Positions 19,601 through 25,947 of a stretch of DNA of 64,000 nt are shown here, piece after piece. A program made the position numbers and the translations under genes. The DNA is from an uncultured Clostridia bacterium (GTDB taxonomy: Bacteria; Bacillota; Clostridia; Christensenellales; UBA1242). Within the stretch, counting starts at the first letter, position 1, and every line of letters begins with the position of its first letter. Below the pieces are notes generated by a model that saw nothing but the letters and a program-made list of their open reading frames with translations, made no database searches and was not told where the DNA came from. Location of the stretch: positions 3,477 to 67,476 of the forward strand of contig CANQDP010000005.1 in NCBI GenBank assembly GCA_947593585.1. The letters run 5' to 3'.

Positions 19601-20652
19601 TAATATAAATTTAATTGGATGTTTGGATTGTTGATTGCCACATTTGAAATTGTTTCGCTTTCAACACTCACATTTAGCACTGCGTATGCCATATATTGCT
19701 CAACCCTATCGCTAGCATATATGAAATCGCTCTCAGGGTGCGCTTCTTGCTCGTTATAACTTTCGAAAACGGCATAGATAAATTCAAATTCACTTTGGCT
19801 GCCGTCTGGCACAAAGCAAACATTGCCATCAATTTCTTCTATAAACTTGTGAGTGGATAAGAAATCTTGATTGAACACTCTTTCATTTTTATATTCACGG
19901 CAAATGAGCTGATAATCGTTGATGTCGGTGGAAGTTTCGTTTGTGTGATAATATAACTCAACCACTTTGTTTTCATCACGCTTTGCCATTGGGTTTAATG
20001 AATAATATGGCTCGATGTGATAAGTTAAAGGCCATGCACTGCCTAGGCTCACTGAAACTGTTTGTGATTGATATTCTCTGCCGTGCTTATTCACAGAAGT
20101 TTTTGTGGTTGATGCACCTTCAAAGCGGATATTTTCAACTGCCATATCCACATAGAATGTTAGTCGGTCGGAATAAACTCGCCCACTAGTGGCTTCAAGC
20201 ACCACCTTGCCTTTGTTTGCGCGTGGGTTGTCTGGATCAAAGTGAGACGGCTTGCTGCCCAATGGCTTGAAATAATAATAAGTTGGTTCGTTGCATTTAA
20301 TTGAATATCTGCCCTGATTGTCGCTAACCAGCGGTTCGCCATTTTCATTGCAAAGAGTTATCAGCTCCTCGCCATAGATATTGCCAGAATCATCTCTTGA
20401 AATGAAATAGATATAACAATCATTTTGATTTACCTCGCCCTTATCGCTCGTGCCCGTGAGCATGAAAGAATGGAGCGAACCGGAATAGTCGTTTTTCACT
20501 TCAAAATTATTCTCTAAAAATGTGAGTTGGGTTGGAGCAATATTTTGCTTTTTAAATTTGCCCATTATTGCCATAACGCCAACCACCACACCAATAAATG
20601 CTAGAATGCACCCCAGCGTGATGCCAATAACTTTCAAAATCTTATGTTTCAT
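10636..20652 (-). CDS. Giant (3338 aa) membrane-anchored surface protein of unknown family
   Basis: Uninterrupted 10,017-nt ORF. N-terminal signal-anchor VIGITLGCILAFIGVVVGVMAIMG. The rest is N/S/T/Y-rich with no repeats or known motifs visible. Has its own promoter and terminator. Confidence 0.9.
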   Translation of the reverse strand: MKHKILKVIGITLGCILAFIGVVVGVMAIMGKFKKQNIAPTQLTFLENNFEVKNDYSGSLHSFMLTGTSDKGEVNQNDCYIYFISRDDSGNIYGEELITLCNENGEPLVSDNQGRYSIKCNEPTYYYFKPLGSKPSHFDPDNPRANKGKVVLEATSGRVYSDRLTFYVDMAVENIRFEGASTTKTSVNKHGREYQSQTVSVSLGSAWPLTYHIEPYYSLNPMAKRDENKVVELYYHTNETSTDINDYQLICREYKNERVFNQDFLSTHKFIEEIDGNVCFVPDGSQSEFEFIYAVFESYNEQEAHPESDFIYASDRVEQYMAYAVLNVSVESETISNVAINNPNIQLNLYYENNFITLNGSVSDADVNSNDLGLTLNGNTTSMRFNEFAFGLRYWNNRLVEFESEGKKKVSFELGDDGNYNYDYVGGSLRKNNGDAENYDLFTITTSSEIQLDNLTLISSISLNGEIYKAVNGVAFLTNDTHRLTLLRTGSYLDFFTKQDSDYVQADFEQGRDYDFPTTPINSGKDKTFNILIKTPAENLELLALVVNGDGTIKYASTKVTISEIDLEKEFTRPDRTYSIDISYPNSKADYGEIPFEDIVNITGGSYTAGVLITRIEEGTSASVNILPNLQIQIADSTLALNGRYALVGYLDEEGNFVNSVRATRRSASASTTLYLLQLKNSYQQTAEELITSLINNADTEVINLTDVYCKHFVMLANAITINNNYTLTNKNSIEFDFHQSEAYEGENGDDKYCVLQGGVYHFLENTDKGHTLTVHSPAYDMLFNIFDKDAFKFFVYLYEADGNRSIYSSNVFELDTVDLDGVERQDLVVTFKVGEYVSLRSGQYFRFGLNFGNDEILSPAVVIDSSEASSITLNGIPLADSQDALNIPTIDVTINGVSGNQYSYSSMFNGSAIDLDIFSTSVEQSLFTPSPMYSYDEQSSQKSYDLAYYSLNEDVAKIDGTNLQIFKIGDCVIQVICGSTIRYIKVSITATGFTFQNKTEHDIFTTSTNLVNLKEVVSYQCNGEEITNSTFFTISPVNTTTYRYTKQGNGYEVSLTDGSVVAEITKTDGEWQISRRPNYSYTNITLNLNIQVKTSSDAINIRIYFTNSITADLNQDYNATVYAGTTILLVEKATNTAFTNNSLFRINDLETSNYYKITYTINGASEQTFKNDYFSTTDSSYRLLLEEGRYVFTILLKSNDGDDKRLAVYNINCRPNVVFSQTDEQKANARTLQSDNEYELSHIITINMFKTQGDEGSPFVYGLGRDSLYTENNYAETIDSIYENLSLTENENISLASSTIKTSWFSELDKVVSMDNIQLSASTTSFKFDEIRIENKYKDLLTLTREGDRFEANHYFPVGAQNNSPLSIVSEEEEWALTNVSGRIEGGQDLTFSMEGEKFTLDTQINEIFSTPNVVLTFTFSYSGKSLTYISSGNSNMSDMSITITPRSPAINIQPAYSNYSFNIIKDVFTIEDGQENYFKSISVEKVVETGTPALDSRVVGIRYIFEDKNEADAQIAIGSIYGEQKEILVDYRITYTDESYFVFEGVSIIITNCQSIEMQYPFEEYGTGTVRFSTTSNANEQDRDYFGSAISLPNYEPVSMGQTIRFDLDSTMSTQRTIITNRTEQDEPGAIANVVLVGTSNNMPNLVSISKDEKSFVITFSPAGDFVTAYLAFKIETTSSNYAYYFVRLYNTLRDRNLTSLNTNTVVNINPKSSSGLQFYSSGKVLGESLDLTKFCLPGTIAPTDENIYLYLLEASLLDGKDFYEQTGIKRYSLLNKTTLPALNNFATLKIGVVYNATSGSAEVFVGSIMAYVQPTTSYSFNSSLTHELEGIENGRYFMEWKDASFANPFTGLSLPELKIVKVNQGFSIDEAGKNIYFGEDKENPVITIASTTISRQKYVTSTLEFEVEYVFAGSDFVLVVHFIMPAITIPTDRIWRTVGNYSGTSGFVSSLDLTEFLSYSNLDGSSNKYAMTLKISSLQVNQVSQSDVSIEMSQEASPNQTVSFIEFVHTSGNLAINFEAKTYFYTVSFDMVFEDIASTNTVYRHVDISVQSFVDRTFPDSAPGHASELPFDATFTDTSYASTTASTITFNRTEDGAITTYSIGTLNNQLIIRTPREFNATLEFALQDDGDAKFVTTMDSNTISNGHLTIGFTHSAIEKVVQFNFTIKSNASTFTEEGGAAITIPFYVRVYRSYDNLVPLYLTKAAEKNGIPHENVQSNYKIDDLYSYLFTNLDGSLTGLTDAVSKNSVANTRRLALQVGERIIEDYGDLGFNDIANANYISFEHGDNNNISTSSGSIVLTFSPVSTTSNVLSTISFRNDAGASNQYVYQIMGERNGSKISDGLDVAEGDFVSTEEIATTQSLTYSFIINDKDEVNSFTLNKVLGNSEQTEFVIGSLLDKQNTAFYITSATASYTGPNVHEINLLSASSRFADTNGDLIYTLSFGLNSTEYQLIIKLKGNTSKDVAISFNRTANAKLFDSLAFSLALYGDGGKIADVNIGFYNLRITQTNQLEAYATTSVILDEYLSGNVKPNTVATASGIQSHISFQYDGSSSFYYYNGNSVSNLDADNKIYKYSVAQGSHSVTLYSIAGTDAIVHIFFNVVYDSKVIGHIELVITDRCAFNFFINKGNPATGAEIISELANSTNTYNYYMTGNPSSPFSHTITLFDDSKLNGTSYYTSTYQEGRSETYYNGLNIALYNKARNNNATFGITAFNIQICNSEGTAIESEDYSIEKSASKIELKFNKDFSGDIILKLIAGSDNGNGDYVRFITINVFGFVKFTYANKELKERNILEGAGGNGFSSGSTAYLVSTASVDGASTFNIGINASTTDSARFANVEILRETEMAGAQFAIVRYSYGMDVVQAFEAADKHTTNVTFAQSSGSNYMATVTLPDVEMSGSPRVYYAVIYKFKFRYMNQTSNEYYVTFKVYNNQSVQPANTNIDADEELSGTNLKLFQYTLTYTTNTNRYVVYCDISGNIKMDISPVSGGGVEATLNCTDTGTRFSNGSRTVELSSAQTDVVVLSDNGSQYPGTARATTSSSSGVVFRSDFSNISAFASFIKEFSSNSAQIRIGEKTLEQKSLISLDKGLFGVDLDNGYFSNEFNGKIEIISTSTSTAILSCDLRIFTTKALTPKGMFTLSSIFSGQKFDAEHDYEIIGVGTSPSTSWVNNASSTASSTRAYSFGSYEIYSAVWSGSGGTNPVYNLSATFYFIHQSGSVLTINYNTAAFDYFLVPYVEGLESSISTSNMVYKFSNSSNGTFVREGQSGTITVTNSGELAGSITNQGGQITISNQALISYKKSHPGEEYVEITCSIIAGGSTFNNIVVRFSLPQNV

Positions 20653-20715
20653 AAACCCCTACCTAAATGCAAAACTGCCAGATTAAAATTAGTATCAACA
20701 AAATTCTACATTTTA

Positions 20716-20744
20716 ATTATATAATTAAAAAAGTTTTAAGTCAA
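20716..20744 (-). promoter_or_regulatory. Promoter of the giant 3338-aa gene
   Basis: TTGACT-TAAAACTTTTTTAATTA-TATAAT (17-nt spacer), about 60 nt upstream of the ATG, preceded by phased A/T tracts. Confidence 0.65.
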
Positions 20745-20874
20745 ACAAAAGCAAAAAAGAAAATAAAAAATCGATATTAAAACAAATTTAAAAAATTTTC
20801 AAAAATTTTGATGAAAAACGGAAAAATTTGGCATTTTTTGCAAAAAATTTGATTTTTTTTGAAATTTTTGATTG

Positions 20875-20905
20875 TTTTTTAAAAAATTTGCACAAAAAGT
20901 GCAAA
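20875..20905 (-). terminator. Intrinsic terminator after rsmA
   Basis: TTTGCAC-TTTTT-GTGCAAA followed by TTTTTT. Confidence 0.6.
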
Positions 20906-20918
20906 TCCTAAAAAATTT

Positions 20919-21695
20919 TTATTTCAGCAATTTTGATAATTCAACAAATTGCTCCACCGATAAATTTTCTGGTCTAACATTAATTTCCAAACCCAACTTT
21001 GATAGGGCAGATGAAATTTTGTCTTTATCAAAATGTGGCTTCAAGTTATTCATCAAGGTTTTGCGCCGCATAGAAAACGCCTTCTCAACGAATGATGAAA
21101 ATTCATCAAAATCAATATCGTAAAGATTGTGTGGAATGAGTTTGCAAAGTGCGCTATCCACTTTTGGGCTTGGAGTGAAACATTCTTTCTTTATCACGCG
21201 CGGAATTGAGATGTGATATTTCGCTTGCAAGCAAACCGAACTTGCACCATAATCTTTGCTATCTTTATTTGCCGCAAAACGCCTTGCCACCTCAACTTGC
21301 ACCAACACCAAAATTGATTTAAACTCTGCCCCGCTTGTGGCAAGCTTGAAAATGATTGGGCTGGTGATGTAATATGGAATGTTTGCCACCACTCGTGCAT
21401 TTTTTAAATTTAGTTTTTCGATGTCCGCTTTTAAAAAATCTTCATAATAAATTTCTAAATTTTTATTTTCGCTGGCAATTTTATCTAAATAAACTGACAA
21501 CGATTTGTCTATCTCAAACGAAACCACTCTTTTTGAGTGTTCGCACAAAACTTTTGTGAGTGTGCCCGCCCCTGCGCCAATCTCTAGCACTTCGTCTTGC
21601 TTCGACACTTCTCCATCCGTTGCAATGGCGTTTAAAAGATTTGCATCAAAAATAAAATTTTGACCAAGACTTTTTTTATAATTTATTTTTTCCAC
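20919..21695 (-). CDS. rsmA: 16S rRNA (adenine1518/1519-N6)-dimethyltransferase RsmA/KsgA
   Basis: SLGQNFI motif and SAM-binding EIGAGAGTLT. GTG start preceded by AAAGAGG. Confidence 0.9.
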   Translation of the reverse strand: MEKINYKKSLGQNFIFDANLLNAIATDGEVSKQDEVLEIGAGAGTLTKVLCEHSKRVVSFEIDKSLSVYLDKIASENKNLEIYYEDFLKADIEKLNLKNARVVANIPYYITSPIIFKLATSGAEFKSILVLVQVEVARRFAANKDSKDYGASSVCLQAKYHISIPRVIKKECFTPSPKVDSALCKLIPHNLYDIDFDEFSSFVEKAFSMRRKTLMNNLKPHFDKDKISSALSKLGLEINVRPENLSVEQFVELSKLLK

Positions 21696-22431
21696 TTCTA
21701 GCCTCTTTTGCTATCATTATCAACTGATAGATTGCATAATAAAACATCAAAATCGAACATGCCACGAGGCATATTATCGTTACATAACCACACAAATAAG
21801 CGAATTGACCATGATTAATTCTAAACTTATCAAACGGCGGATAAATGCTATAAAGCAGCCACTCATAATTCACGTTAAGGCTGATTGCTGCGGGAACTGC
21901 ATAACTGATATAGAAAAGCACACATATAATCAAGAGCAAGCAATCTCTCCTCCTAGGCACATAACTCAAACTAATGAGTGAATAAATGAAGTATGCCAAA
22001 AGCAAAGCGTGATAATTAAATTGCACAAAATGAGGCACGCCATCAAATATGCCACTTGCCGAAGCTCCCCACATCCATGACGGATAGCAAATCAGCAAAA
22101 TCATAAAGACAAAAGAAAAACAAAATGACATTGGTTTGAAATTTTTTGCCACCTTTGACGGAGTAAATTCGCTCAACAAGAAAAGCACCATAAACAGCGA
22201 ACAGAACCACAGCGGTATGAAATTTTTTTGATATTGGTTGGTGGACAAATAATACACTTGCTTTAAAATTTCTGTTAAAATCAAGCAAATTGTGATAATT
22301 TTTAGAGGTATGCCTCTTAATTTTTGGTGCTTGCGCGTTAAGATCACATAAAAAACAGATGCCGATATTAAGAAAATGAAAAGCACCGGCAAAACTATTT
22401 TTTCAGCAGAACTATAATTAAAAGGTTTCAT
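21676..22431 (-). CDS. Integral membrane protein, possibly YwaF/TIGR02206-like
   Basis: About 7 TM helices. IPLWFCSLFMV resembles the YwaF-family motif. Overlaps the rsmA start by 20 nt. Confidence 0.55.
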   Translation of the reverse strand: MKPFNYSSAEKIVLPVLFIFLISASVFYVILTRKHQKLRGIPLKIITICLILTEILKQVYYLSTNQYQKNFIPLWFCSLFMVLFLLSEFTPSKVAKNFKPMSFCFSFVFMILLICYPSWMWGASASGIFDGVPHFVQFNYHALLLAYFIYSLISLSYVPRRRDCLLLIICVLFYISYAVPAAISLNVNYEWLLYSIYPPFDKFRINHGQFAYLCGYVTIICLVACSILMFYYAIYQLIMIAKEARSGKNKL

Positions 22432-22438
22432 TGATATT

Positions 22439-22466
22439 ATTCTAAATAATTTTTTGCTTTTTGCAA
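22439..22466 (-). promoter_or_regulatory. Promoter TTGCAA-16-TAGAAT, 7 nt from the ATG of the YwaF-like gene (candidate leaderless)
   Basis: Minus strand reads TTGCAAAAAGCAAAAAATTATTTAGAATAATATCAATG. No SD. Confidence 0.4.
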
Positions 22467-22564
22467 CAAATTTTTACAATTTTTATAATTTTATTGACAA
22501 ATTTTAAATAATTTGCTAAAATAATGGCACACAAAAGATGAAAATATTTAAAGCACTAAAGACG

Positions 22565-22591
22565 AAAAAAGCCAGCAAAACTGGCTTTTTT
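22565..22591. terminator. Hairpin terminator after the 198-aa membrane gene (symmetric A/T flanks)
   Basis: AAAAAAGCCAG-CAAAA-CTGGCTTTTTT. Confidence 0.7.
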
Positions 22592-22593
22592 AA

Positions 22594-23190
22594 TTAGTCT
22601 TTGTGCCTGTCAAGCAAGGCACTAACTAATGCAACAAGGGCAAAAATCGTGAGGAAGTAAACGCCCAGATGAGGCAGATAACTTGCCGTTGCGCTTACGC
22701 CTGTGAGCCCTAGCCCGCTAAGCACTAAACCGATTTGAGCAGTGTAGATTTCTGAAATCTTAGAAGCGATTAATCCACCGCCAACAAGCAAAGTGATTAA
22801 GAACGCAAGCACACTTAAAATGCCTAAAGCAGATGTGCAAGTTTTCACCAATGAAAGCACTTTGCCGTTATAGAAGAATTGAACGATTGTGATGAGTGCA
22901 ACTATGGCAACGAGCACAAGAGAGATGATTAAAAACACTCTTGCAGCCTGCCACCAACCCACAGATTTGACGCCTAAATCGCTTAGTTGCTTAAAATTGC
23001 CCGTCCAATCAGCGCGAGTTAATGAACGACTTGATGGCAAAAGATTTTTCGCTGCGTCTGGAAGGCCTTCAGGCAACCCTTTAATCACCACTTTTTCATA
23101 AGCAAACTTAAACTCAAGCCCCAAAAATGTGAGAACTGTGGCAAGTAAAGGCACAATCTTTAAAATCAGCACTTTCCCTTTAACTTTCAT
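22594..23190 (-). CDS. Membrane protein (198 aa), unknown function
   Basis: Four or five hydrophobic helices. RBS AAAGGAGG. Followed by a strong hairpin terminator. Confidence 0.6.
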   Translation of the reverse strand: MKVKGKVLILKIVPLLATVLTFLGLEFKFAYEKVVIKGLPEGLPDAAKNLLPSSRSLTRADWTGNFKQLSDLGVKSVGWWQAARVFLIISLVLVAIVALITIVQFFYNGKVLSLVKTCTSALGILSVLAFLITLLVGGGLIASKISEIYTAQIGLVLSGLGLTGVSATASYLPHLGVYFLTIFALVALVSALLDRHKD

Positions 23191-23400
23191 CTTTTAACCT
23201 CCTTTTATGAAAGATATAAAAATTTTATTAAAGTGAAATTGGCTTGTCCAAATAAAATTATGAAAATTTAATAATTTCATCCAAAATTTATTCAATTTTC
23301 AACAAATTTTTTCAAATCTGTTCATTTTTATTCTTATTAGGGGTTAATTATGCTTAAATTTAGCCGTTTTGGAAGCGTAAGGTTTGTTTTTAAATTATAG

Positions 23401-23429
23401 TTGACTTATTATAATTCTTATGATATAAT
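23401..23429 (+). promoter_or_regulatory. Promoter of valS
   Basis: TTGACT-TATTATAATTCTTATGA-TATAAT (17-nt spacer, extended TG), 20 nt upstream of the ATG, with an AGGAG RBS. Confidence 0.65.
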
Positions 23430-23449
23430 AGGGAAATTAGGAGAAAACG

Positions 23450-25864
23450 ATGCTAGATAATAAATATAACATTGAAGAAAAAGAAAAAAAATGGGAAGAG
23501 TTTTGGCAAGCAGAGGGCATTTATAAATTTGACCCAAACTCAAAAAAACCAACTTTTTCTATTGACACACCGCCCCCAACTGTTAGTGGTGAATTGCATA
23601 TTGGCCACATCTATGGTTTTAGCCAGGCAGATATGTATGCTAGGTTCAATAGAATGCTCGGCAAAAATCTTTTTTTTCCGCTAGGTGTGGATAATAATGG
23701 TTTGCCAACCGAACTATTGGTTGAAAAGCAGAAAAAAATTCAAGCACACACTCTCCCACGCGAAGAGTTTGCAAAAATTGCACAAGAGTTGCTTGTTAGT
23801 TACAATCAAAAATATAAAAATTTGATAATGCGCGCAGGCATCAGTTGTGATTTATCTTTAGGGTACGACACGATTGACAACCGCAGCCAAAAAACCAGCC
23901 AAAAATCGTTTATTGAATTGGCAAAAAGCGGCATTGCTTATCGTGAAAACAAGCCTAGCCCATGGTGCACAAAGTGTAGGACTAGTGTAGCACAATTTGA
24001 ATTGGAAGATAAAGATTTAGATAGCGTGTTTAACTATCTCAACTTTAAGTTGGCTGACGGGAGCGGCACAATTCCTATTGCCACCACCCGACCAGAATTT
24101 TTGCCCGCTTGCGTGGCAATATTCGTCAACCCTGAAGATAAGCGTTATTCACACCTTGTTGACAAATTGGTTAAAGTGCCACTTTTTGAAGATAGAGTTG
24201 TGAAGATTTATGCGGACAGCAAAGTGGGCATAGATAAAGGCACAGGCATTGTTATGTGCTGCACCTTTGGCGACCAAACCGATGTGGAATGGTGGAAAGA
24301 ATATCACTTAGAATTAAAGCAAGCGATTGATGATGGTGGCCGCATGACAGAGATTTGCGGAAAATATGCCGGGCTGAAAACCACAGATGCAAGAAAAGCC
24401 GTTATTGAAGACTTAAAGGCGCAGGGTTATATCTATAAGCAAGACGCAATCACCCACAGCGTTAAAGTGCATGAAAGGTGCGAGCAACCTATTGAATTTT
24501 TAACTAAAAAGCAATGGTTTATCCGCACTTCCACCCCAGAATTAAAGCAAAAATGGGCAGAACTTGGCAACAAATTAGTTTGGCACCCAGAGAGCATGAA
24601 AACGCGATATATGTCGTGGGTGGAAAATCTAAATCAAGATTGGAGCATTTCGCGTCAAAGATATTTTGGCGTGCCATTCCCTGTGTGGTATTGCGCCGCT
24701 TGTGGCAAGCCTCATTTTGCAGATATTAAAGATTTGCCCGTTAATCCGCTTTCAACTGAGTATAATGGAAAATGCGAATGCGGAAGCACAAAATTTGTGC
24801 CAGAGAGCGATGTGATGGACACTTGGGCAACAAGTTCGGTTACCCCACAAATCAACACAAATTGGTTTGATGACGAAAAGGGTGCAAGCAAAAAAATCCC
24901 TATGGACATGCGCTTTGCCGGGCGGGATATTATCACCACATGGTGCTTGCGCACAATCATTAAAGCATATTATCATCAAGGCTGTCTGCCATGGAAAGAA
25001 CTGCTTATCAATGGCTGGATGATGGCAGATAAAGGCATCAAAATTAGCAAGCACTTATCCAACTCTAAAATGGACCTAAATCAAATCATGCAAACCTATG
25101 GTGCAGATGTGGTGAGATATTTTAGTGCAAGTGGTGCTTATGGGCGCGATGTGATGTTTAATGACGAAGGGCTTAAAGATGGATATAAACTATTAAACAA
25201 AATATTTAACGGCTCAAAATTTGTGCTCAACTTCCTTTATGATTACACTCCTAAAAAACCAAGCAAAATTTTGCCTGTGGATGAATATGTAATGCACAAA
25301 TTTAATGACGCTTATAATAAAACAATTTCATTCTATCAAGATGTGGAAATGGGATACGCAAAAGCGGAAATTGAAAAATTCTTCTACTTCTTCTGTGATA
25401 ACTATATCGAACTAGTGAAAAATAGGCTTTACAAACCAGAAATTTATGGCGAAGAAGCCAAGCAAAGTGCACAATGGGCAAGTTATAATGTGCTATTTAA
25501 GATGTTGCAACTTTTGGGCATAACAATGCCACACATTGCTGAAGAAATTTATCAAAACTATTTTAGAACATTTGAGAAAGAAAAGAGCATTCACCTAACC
25601 GTGCTCTCCCCTATCAAATTAGATGAAAATAAAACTATAATTGAAAAAGGTGATGAGTTGATTGAAGTGGTGGCTCGCATTAGGCAATTTAAGAGCGAAA
25701 ACAAATTGAGCCTAAAAACCGAAATTGAAGATGTGGAAATTGTTAGCCACAATGTTGACTTCTTCAAACTTTGCTCAGACGACATTAAAGCAGTGATGAA
25801 CATAAAAGATTTAAAATTTAGCGCCGGCGAGTTTGATGTGAAAATTGGAAAAATTGCTGAATAA
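23450..25864 (+). CDS. valS: Valine--tRNA ligase, short archaeal/rickettsial-type
   Basis: Class I aaRS with HIGH (ELHIGH) and a KMSKS-like KISKH motif. The N-terminal block IDTPPPTVSGELHIGHIYGFSQADMYARFNRMLGKNLFFPLGVDNNGLPTE matches my memory of about 800-aa archaeal-type ValRS. Confidence 0.75.
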   Translation: MLDNKYNIEEKEKKWEEFWQAEGIYKFDPNSKKPTFSIDTPPPTVSGELHIGHIYGFSQADMYARFNRMLGKNLFFPLGVDNNGLPTELLVEKQKKIQAHTLPREEFAKIAQELLVSYNQKYKNLIMRAGISCDLSLGYDTIDNRSQKTSQKSFIELAKSGIAYRENKPSPWCTKCRTSVAQFELEDKDLDSVFNYLNFKLADGSGTIPIATTRPEFLPACVAIFVNPEDKRYSHLVDKLVKVPLFEDRVVKIYADSKVGIDKGTGIVMCCTFGDQTDVEWWKEYHLELKQAIDDGGRMTEICGKYAGLKTTDARKAVIEDLKAQGYIYKQDAITHSVKVHERCEQPIEFLTKKQWFIRTSTPELKQKWAELGNKLVWHPESMKTRYMSWVENLNQDWSISRQRYFGVPFPVWYCAACGKPHFADIKDLPVNPLSTEYNGKCECGSTKFVPESDVMDTWATSSVTPQINTNWFDDEKGASKKIPMDMRFAGRDIITTWCLRTIIKAYYHQGCLPWKELLINGWMMADKGIKISKHLSNSKMDLNQIMQTYGADVVRYFSASGAYGRDVMFNDEGLKDGYKLLNKIFNGSKFVLNFLYDYTPKKPSKILPVDEYVMHKFNDAYNKTISFYQDVEMGYAKAEIEKFFYFFCDNYIELVKNRLYKPEIYGEEAKQSAQWASYNVLFKMLQLLGITMPHIAEEIYQNYFRTFEKEKSIHLTVLSPIKLDENKTIIEKGDELIEVVARIRQFKSENKLSLKTEIEDVEIVSHNVDFFKLCSDDIKAVMNIKDLKFSAGEFDVKIGKIAE

Positions 25865-25922
25865 TTTTAAAATTTTTATGAAAATTACTTAAATTTTATT
25901 GTTTTTTATCAAAAAAATTAAG

Positions 25923-25946
25923 AAAACTCAAAAATTTTTGAGTTTT
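25923..25946. terminator. Bidirectional terminator between convergent valS and groEL
   Basis: Perfect palindrome AAAACTCAAAAATTTTTGAGTTTT with A/T runs on both sides. Confidence 0.65.
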
Positions 25947-25947
25947 T

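Noticed and set aside
11354-20348. Numerous 60-127 aa ORFs nested in or antisense to the giant gene (for example 14313-14687 and 15841-16209).
   Set aside because: All lie inside the uninterrupted 10-kb reading frame. They lack RBSs and have skewed shadow-frame composition.
20745-20890. The AT-rich repetitive intergenic blocks might be CRISPR arrays or minisatellites.
   Set aside because: The repeats are degenerate A/T tracts of 8-12 nt with no constant repeat-spacer structure, and no cas genes are present.
23191-23449. T-box riboswitch leader upstream of valS.
   Set aside because: The best promoter places the -10 only 20 nt from the ATG. The 259-nt region is AT-rich promoter-type DNA with no T-box core (no GGTGGTACCGCG-like sequence) and no terminator/antiterminator pair.
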